Assembly: GCA_951406725.2 (NCBI GenBank)
Contig: OX597815.1
Location: 22,630,001-22,694,000, forward strand
Source: Octopus vulgaris
Lineage: Eukaryota
DNA length: 64,000 nt
Direction: 5' to 3'
Positions within the stretch are counted from its first letter, which is position 1. Each line of letters starts with the position of its first letter. Below the pieces are notes generated by a model. It searched no databases. It saw only the letters and a list, made by a program, of their open reading frames with translations, and was not told the DNA's origin. Position numbers and translations under genes: made by a program. Below, piece after piece: positions 54,956 through 64,000 of the stretch.

Positions 54956-54998
<43 letters not shown>

Positions 54999-55062
54999 TG
55001 CGTGTGTGAGTGTGTGTATGTATACATACATATATATACTCTGTCTCGCTCGCTCTGTCTCC

Positions 55063-55125
<63 letters not shown>

Positions 55126-55208
55126 TTATCCCTGGTTTTTATGCACTAAGTCACTTGATGTTAAATTGATGGTATTATTAAATTAATATCTAATTTTTTC
55201 ACCCTTAT

Positions 55209-55291
<83 letters not shown>

Positions 55292-55584
55292 GTATGTACG
55301 TATGTATGTATGTATATACTGAATACTGATACTTAATAGATTCAAACACTTGTAAGTATGCAAATCAGTAGTCCCAGTTTTGTGAAGCTGATAGATTTGG
55401 TGTATACATAAACGGATTGGCTATTTACTTTTCTCCGAGACTGTTCAAGGGTTTGTTCAAAAGTAGACACTTGTGATAAGAGTCCAGTAAGGGTGGAAAA
55501 TCAATGTTTTCAATCTACGGTGAAGCAGGTATAGTTGATATGTTTATAACAACTACGTTTGTGAAATCTTCACCTATAGTCATG

Positions 55585-55975
55585 AATGTTGAGTAATGAC
55601 CGAAAGAGTGCGATCGTGAATACGAGCGACTGAATGGGGTTCCTCCGAGAAGATCTCTGGAGTAACGTTACTCGACAAGGTGCGTAGCTCGGGGATCAGG
55701 GTATCTCTCCAAGTTGAGCCTCTATGTCACCGCAGCGAGAGATCACTGCTCCGGTACATCGGACATGTGATTAGAATATCGCCGGAAAGAATCACAAGAC
55801 GGATTCTTCAGGAGACCTGAGGATAAATCATGAACAAGATGGTTGAATAATATCCATAGTCTCAGCTGGTCGTGCTTGGGAATCCAGAAAACCTAATGAC
55901 GGTTATTTCTGATAGGACCCTATGGAGGAGATACCTGAGGGCTCTACTCCACCGACCCTCCCATAAATAATGAAC
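55585..55975 (+). mobile_element. RTE-clade LINE 3' fragment
   Basis: ISGVTLLDKVRSSGIRVSLQVEPL..RSLLRYIGHVIRISPERITRRIL. Confidence 0.85.
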
Positions 55976-57115
55976 AGAGAAATTGCATGAATGGATCTTG
56001 CGGAATTCTATATGGGGTGGTTGTGCTCTCAATCTTTTTCATTATAATTTTGTTCGAAGTACTCTGTCAAGTACTCTGATGACTCCAACCGACGAGAGAC
56101 TGTCGGACAATTATTTTAATTGTCTTGGTTGTCTGAACAACGTTCTGTGGCTCGCAACTTTGAGGTTTTGTGACGATGAGAAGTTTTTAATATCTCTTTT
56201 TTATCCTAGAGATTTTTTTTATATATTCTAAGTATTAGTTTACGGTTTGGTGTATTACATGTTTTATGTTCTATGACTTATTAATCTATTCTATAACAAG
56301 AGTACATTTGGTTCATGCACTTTACTATGTGTTTTTACTTGATGTTGTATCTGTGTGGGTGAATTTGTTCAATTGTTCCAGAACTTTTTGTGTATCAATA
56401 ATTTTATTATCTTTTCACTCTCAATTACATTTTTCATTCTTATTCAAAACTGTTATAGTAAATGGTAATTTAAAAGCTCGATTTAGAAGGGGTTTGAGGG
56501 CAGAAATTTTATATATCTGGGGCGAACCACTATTTCAATTCATGTATAGGTATTTGTTGGAACTTTTCATAATATTTCGTTTCTTATTCTCACGCTTATT
56601 TACATAAACAGGGTGTTGTTGTGATCAGAATTCACTATGAAACTATGTTTGGATTGTGAATTTAGGGATGGAATTATTTTCAAAATATTCTTAAAGTCTA
56701 TCTGTTTGCTTTTCTGATAAAGAACATGTCATTAACGTGCTTGGTGACTATAGTTTAGAAATAACTTCATGTTTAGATTATATTTTGAAATAACTTTATT
56801 TTCTACTTCGTTTTTGGATTTGGTTTACAAGATTCTTTATATGAGTTCGTGTGTTGAAGCATATTTTGTTGTGTCTTGGGAGAGTCGCTTTCTTTTTGTG
56901 CCTTATAATGTAACACACTCACCGGTAAAATTTCCACTTATTTCTTATTTTTATTTTCCTAAAATTTTCGTTGCGTCTTGCAACCTTTTCAATATTTACA
57001 CTGCGTTCCTTTTTGTTTGTTTGCGTGCATGTGTGTGGGTCAGTGTGTATGTGTGTGTGCCCATGCATGCATGTACGTATGTATGTGTGTATGTATGTAT
57101 GCACGTGTATGTATG

Positions 57116-57148
<33 letters not shown>

Positions 57149-58392
57149 ATGTATATGTATATATGTATGTATGTGTGTGCATCTGTATGTATCCTGCATA
57201 TTCGTGTGCTTGCATGACCATGTTTGTGTATTTTCTATGTATGTGTGTGCGCGAGCGTGTGTTTGTATATATCTCCTTGTGTGTGCATGTCTGTGTGCGT
57301 GTGTTATGCAACTATGTACCATGTTTGTATGTATGGATGTGCATCTCTATATGTGTGGATCCCTATCTCCATATGTGTCCTTGTGTGGAGTAAAGTATGT
57401 GTGTATATATGGTCATTTTCGACGTTAACCATATAAAACACCGCAAATAAGCACCTGTTTGAGATCCCGTAACTACTCCGCTCCTTTGAGTGTAAAGGTT
57501 GCCTAGTGGAACATGAGAGAGAACTTGTTTTTTCTTAACATTTTAAATAGTTTTAGCATAGATTATGTAGCTTATCTAAAATTATGGCTGTAGTTTCCAT
57601 GACCAGAACATTGATAAAAAATGTTTTACTTCGAAAGTGGAAATGTTGCCAACTTTGAAAGCTTTCTTTCGAAACTTTTTGTAATCTGGTGGTCGTACAC
57701 TGTATCTCGCTAGTATATATTTCTTTATAATGCTATTTAATTGTTCAACGATTCTATGAGTAAGTGTGTTGATATAAATCATAGATCGAGGGAAGAGTAT
57801 TTTCTATGACTTGGTGGTTCAATAAATGTATGTTTTTATATACTAGACTGGCATAGCGTTTGCAGCGGTAATTAATTTATTCAGTTTAATTTTTTATTTT
57901 GCAAAGTTACCTCTTCTAAGTTTGACGAATTTGCTGTCGTCATTTAGTATACTGTTGACTATTATAACGTAATCGCCTTTGCCTAAAAAAACAAACCGAT
58001 TGCCCCAAGTGTTTTGCTTATTACAATTTTATGCTTATTTATCAGATCCTGTAGGACTAGTATTAGATTCTTTTTTAGCGCATTTTTTTTTTCTTCATCG
58101 GAATGAGTCTCGTATTCTGTCATGGATTTTAATTATATTTTATCGTTAAAATTCCAGGTTGGCTCATACATTCAGTTTTTCATATGAACTTTACGGTGGA
58201 AGTTTATGCCAGAATTATTTCTTATACGACATGAGGGCGAAGTTTCTATTCTGTTGATGGCTGTGAAGGCACTGATCTATCAATTTTTCGGTTTAGTAGT
58301 TTCCGTTGTTAATTTCTCTGGAATTCTTATATATATTTTTCGATTTTCCCAGTATCGTCGCGCAAGGAAATAGTGTGTGTGCATGTGTGTGT

Positions 58393-58434
<42 letters not shown>

Positions 58435-58872
58435 AGAAAGAGAGAGAGAGAGTATAAGAGAGTTAGATAGATACATATAACTATGAATACACACACACAT
58501 ACACCACACATAAATAAATATGTATATAAACATACAAACACGAAGTCCTGTGATGATCTGAGATAGAAACATGGTTAGGCTACTGAAGTGCTTGGATTGA
58601 GAGTAAATATGTTGTATTAATAAGAGTGAGTCCAACAAAATACGTAATGTTTCGTTCAAAGGCATTTGGGGACTGTTTAGTAAAAGATGCGCTTCCTTAT
58701 AAAGATGGAAGGCAGACAAACAGACGGACAGAAATATATACAAGCCGAAAAGAGTGCGGGAATATGTGTAGCCATATCGGTTGTGGTAGTGGTGGTAGTA
58801 TTTGTAGTAGTAGTAGTAGTGTTAATAAACATGTGTGTCTATCTGTATGCATTTATATTTGTATACTATGTC

Positions 58873-59109
58873 ATTCTGCCAATAGAATATACTCTCTGGC
58901 TGTAGTTAATCTTTTTATTATTAATTAATTTATTAATCACTTGATTAATTTGTCAAATCTTTCACCATATAATCAATGGGTTGCCCCTTACAATTCATCC
59001 GAAAGGCTACAGTTGTGTAGTGAAAGACTGACAAATCAATTAATTGATTAGTTAATTAGTTAATGATAAGAGTGAACTGCAACCACTACACTTACTTTGT
59101 TGGCAGAAT
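58873..59109. mobile_element. old foldback/MITE-like inverted repeat
   Basis: ATTCTGCCAA..TTTGTCAAATCTTTCAC mirrored by GTGAAAGACTGACAAA..TTGGCAGAAT. Confidence 0.6.
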
Positions 59110-59206
59110 TATCCTCTCAAAATACAATATGAAGAATATTGCAAGTCAGGTACAACCCTCCATATATGTGCATGTGTGTGTGAATGTCCATAAATAAATA
59201 AATAAA

Positions 59207-59269
<63 letters not shown>

Positions 59270-60545
59270 TTTCTTAAATAAACACAAGTTCAGAAATTTA
59301 GAGGAAAGTCGATTTTATCAACCTCAATACTTGAATGGTACTTACACTGTCGACCCCGAAATTATGAAAGGTAAATTAGATCTCGGCAGGATTTGAATTC
59401 ACTGAATACCGACGCTCTGATAAGTCTATCATTCCTAGCTCTTGTATCGATGCATCTCAGAAAATTAGAATATTATGAAAAAAATGAATATTGAATGTCA
59501 ATTAAGTCAGACTGCCCAAATTTAATAGATCAAAGCTAATTTTTGTTTGTTTTTTTTATTTGGTATTTTGTTGTTATTTTCTGGTACTTTTGATTCTACA
59601 ATACACAGCTTCCATGCAGGGATCATAACAAATCCCAAATCTCAAAATTTTGTAATTAATCTCAGAAGATCCAAAATATATGATCAAGTACGTCAAAAAT
59701 TGAAAGGCGAATATGAAATAACAGTTAGTACATGGTTCGAGTTCTTTTGGTTTCAATGATTTGGTTTCAATACATCGAGGTATAGAGGATACCAACCTAA
59801 AACACTGATCTCGATAAGAAACTTCTCTACCTGATTGCACGATGGTCATGTTCTTTGTAATTATTCGTCACGGGTTTTCTACAGTGTTCAGGATAGATGA
59901 GTACCGAAGGAAGCAAGATTGCGTGATAATCAACAAGTCAGTCAGTGGTTTGGGCAACCAGTAGAACAAAATTTTTGCCGCACTAAATGGTCGGTCATTT
60001 AATGGGAGTGGGAAGTACTCCGAGATATTGCAATTGATGTAAGATCCCAAACAGCTGAGGTTCTATCTCTCCGTTCCGTTTCCACATCGTGAAACCCCAA
60101 ACTATTCGAAGTCAGTGTGCAATCATCAGTTTTGGATGCGACATTTCGGCCTCATTTCTAATTGCTCAATAAGTATTTGTGTATTCTCGTCAATTGTGTA
60201 TTCAAGTCAGTGCTACTTAGGATATTTCTGGATGCTACTATTAAAAAGGTAGTGATTAAAAAGGTAATGAACGAGGTGGTGGATAGTTGGTTGTTAAGTC
60301 ACTAAGAAATTTCGCAGTATGTGTGATCGCGAACTTCTTTTCTACTCGCACCTTTGTATGTAAAATTTTTCACGATTTACTTCGACTTTATTTCATCTCT
60401 ATTTTACTTAAACCGGTTCTCCCCCACCCTGGGTGAATTCCTTTTTATGTTCTACCAAGGTCAGTGTTGCCTATCATCCTTTTGGATTGGTACTTTACAA
60501 TAATAAAGTAAAATATCTATCTATCTATATATATATATATATATA

Positions 60546-60622
<77 letters not shown>

Positions 60623-60674
60623 CGTGTGTATGTATATTCTTTTATTTGTGGCTATGAATAACAGAGTTAACTTC

Positions 60675-60812
60675 CAGTTTTAATACTCACTTTTTTACCA
60701 GCGGAGTATACTTGGAGAAACAGGAGGTAAAGTGCATTCTCTAGGGCTATATAACGCGTGTTCTAGACCGGGAATCGAACCTACAACTTAATTACCACTG
60801 GGCCATGTGATT
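60675..60812 (-). mobile_element. diverged tRNA/CORE-type SINE
   Basis: The minus strand reads CATGGCCCAGTGG..GGTTCGATTCCCGG. Confidence 0.6.
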
Positions 60813-63091
60813 TTTCGTGAATATAAAAGAACATAACTAAGCATAATTCAAAACAACTTGATGCTAAGCAGTACAATTAAATTCACTAAAAGTCCTGTTT
60901 ATCATTCACTCATTTTGAAGTTAGTACTTGTAAGAATATCATTTGCCAAAGAGATGTTATGAGACCAAGTATATCCGGAGTTACCACTGAAGTGCCAAAG
61001 ATAAGACTCTCTCCTCTTACATGCCCACGTACTATTTTTAATTAGGCTTAATTTATTTTAATTTTGAGATTGTCTACCTTATCATTCTTGACCAAATGTG
61101 TACGTATATAGGAGAGGATTGTTTAAGTGTTTTCACTTGATCCCGGTAATCAAGAACTATCATGCAATTTATTTGTGAATTTTATGCTTCAACTATCATG
61201 ATATTTTGTTCGCTGTGAGGATACACAAGGGACAACGGCTCCAAGATAACCAAGAGCTGTTGCCCTCTGTAAATGTAAAGAATAAAAGCACGATAGTATC
61301 AGAACATTAAAGTGAAATTTTCTAAAGATTGATAGTTCCAGCTTTTAATAAAGCCTTATTCGCTCACTTTACCTTCGGAGAGAATGTAGCGATACTGTGG
61401 AAAATGGGAACAAGATGAGGATAAATGTTTTTAAAATGGTAGGCCGAGTACATTGATTAAACGAAGGATCAACAGAGCGTATTTGAGATAAAGTTTTGTG
61501 TGGATATCTTATTAAACTTTTGGGTGCTGCCAACTTGACATTGATATATAATTCAGCCAATGCTCTGTTCTGTACTGATACACTATCTACGAACCCCGAA
61601 ATGATGAAAACCAAAATCGACTTCTGTGGAATTCGAAATAAGAACGTAGAGAACCAAGACAAAACCGGGAAGGCATTGTTGCTGGTGATCTAACAACCCT
61701 ATCAATTCGTCAATTTCTCCTAACATAAACTGATTTCCTCAAAAACATCAAATCCCATCAACGGGATTGCCTTCATCCCGCAATTCTTCAACTGTCAACA
61801 AACTACGAAATTCCTTAACCATACACAAAGTTTCATATATGATCAACTGCCACGCTACTACGCCCATTTACATACCATCTCACTGAATGACAAATTAAAC
61901 ATACCAACGTTCGTATTTTTCTTAACGATTCCTTGAGCAAGTGAATGCTAAGTGTTCGCTACACTGGTTAATTAACTTAACTATGCACTGATGGTCATGT
62001 CATTTACACGAGTGTATATATATATATATATATATACTTTGATACTTTGATACTTTGATAGGTTTCGACCATTATTGGGCCCAGGCCATGTCTAACTTAA
62101 TAGCACCACCTGGTGAAGTCTTTCAAGTCAGAATTTGGGCACTATATATATATATATGCGTGTGCCATATAAAAAAACCTTGCTGGTACCATGTAATAAG
62201 CACCGGTGCTGGTTCCACATCCAAAAGCACCCAGTACAGAAAAGCTGTTGGCGATAGAAAGGGCAGTCGTTGTAGAAACCATGCCTAAACAAACAAATGG
62301 ACCCTAGTACATACACTATCGCGTACACGTACACACACACAAGGTTATGAAATGAAAGCAAATAAAACTCCACTCTGTCTACAAAAATATTAATAACCTT
62401 CCCTGTATACGCTCATTCAAAGCGAAATAAATACCTACACTTATATCAGCTGAAAATGTTATTAATTTGGAACTTACACTTCCAAATTCTTAGTCTGAAA
62501 AAACTAGTCATTATGCGGCGGCCATCGATTGACAGAGTCGCTGAAATAGCGGATAGAATATTTGTTCTGGTTCCCTACGCTCTGAATTCAAAATCCATCG
62601 AAGTCAACTTAGGTATTCATATTGGGGGGGGGGGTCGATTAAAAATAAAAACTAGCGTATCGCATCAGGCCCCATAGTGAGATACACTAGAAGATTGCTG
62701 TATCTGCTCACAATTACTTGATCACCGAAATCATTGTAGATGTTGATACTAGCTCATCTTCAATTCTGAGTGGTGGTTGTATATGCGCGATTACACTTAC
62801 ATAACGTGTATGTATGTGTGTATGTCTGTGTGTATGTCTGTGTGTATGTATAGTCCACAGTCACATCATAGACACAAACATATATATATACATATAAATG
62901 TTTACATTTATATATGCATGTATGTATATATATATATACATAGTGCAGAGACATATCATAGACATAAGCACATACACACACTCACACACACACACATACA
63001 TATATATGTATGTATATGTTTATATATGCAAATATATGAGTGTGCGTGTACATACATACACACACGTACATACATACATACATACATACAT

Positions 63092-63122
<31 letters not shown>

Positions 63123-63142
63123 TACATACATGCATGCATACA

Positions 63143-63176
<34 letters not shown>

Positions 63177-63833
63177 CATACATACATACACATACACACA
63201 TACATACATACATACATACATACACACACACATACATACATGCATACATACATACATACATACATACATACATGCATACATACATGCATACATACATACA
63301 TACACACATACATACATACACACTCACACACGCGTGTGAATAACGTGATCGCTACTGCATAATTAGGCTATTGAGACACTGTGTAGTGAAAACTTAGCAT
63401 TCGCTTACTCAAGTATCTTTAAGAAATCGACAACAACTGAGGGGATTTAGTGAGTAGAACTATGAAGTACGACTAAGTACGAAAGCCTGTTATTTTCTCA
63501 CGCTTAATATTTCATACGTCATGATCTATGACTAATATTTTAAACAAATACGTCGCAATCATTTCTAATGTCTTGTTTTCTTTTCGATATTTATGTTCTT
63601 GTTATTTTAGTACTCATATTGAATATAATCATTTACAGCACGTATAGTCATAGGAATTAAAACACAACTAAGTATCCATCTACAAACAAAGGTGTCTTGT
63701 ACATTCAGACAATGCATATCTCCATAATTATTATGTGAATGTAAGTATATAAAGTGTATATACGCGGTAGCTTAGGTGCAGGACCAAGTCTCCAAATAAG
63801 AGCGCGCGCGCACGCGTGTATGGTGTGCTTGTG

Positions 63834-63887
<54 letters not shown>

Positions 63888-64000
63888 CGTGTGTGCGCGC
63901 ACGGTGGTTGGATGTGTGGGTAGGTGGGTGTCTGTGCACACAGAAATATGTGACTGCGTATGTGTTTGCGCTCCGCGTATGTGCCGAGTCACCCGTCAGT

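Noticed and set aside
59800-61900. Possible mariner and LINE/LTR remnants
   Set aside because: The motifs are too decayed to assign by eye.

Overview
AT-rich eukaryotic DNA packed with microsatellites and transposons. The SINE families look like octopus OK/OR-type and Nin-domain SINEs, so the source is inferred to be an Octopus (coleoid cephalopod) genome. Almost all supplied ORFs are microsatellite artefacts. The only credible host coding sequence is a minus-strand first exon (42960-42855) encoding a signal-peptide-like N-terminus. It ends at a phase-1 donor and is preceded by two abutting uORFs, so positions 1-42854 may be one very large intron. The rest is tRNA-derived SINEs, decayed LINEs (Dong/R4-type piled into (TAA)n arrays, Tx1/L1, CR1-like, RTE), Tc1/mariner remnants and Penelope-like fragments. 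The most notable observation is about nine minimal type-I hammerhead-ribozyme-like motifs. Each family has its own palindromic helix III (ACGT, AATATT, ACGATCGT, ACAGCTGT). One family, present in two copies, has a compensatory G3:C8 core, and three motifs are nested at 8.6-9.3 kb. All calls were made by eye. Element boundaries are approximate unless a TSD or TIR is cited.
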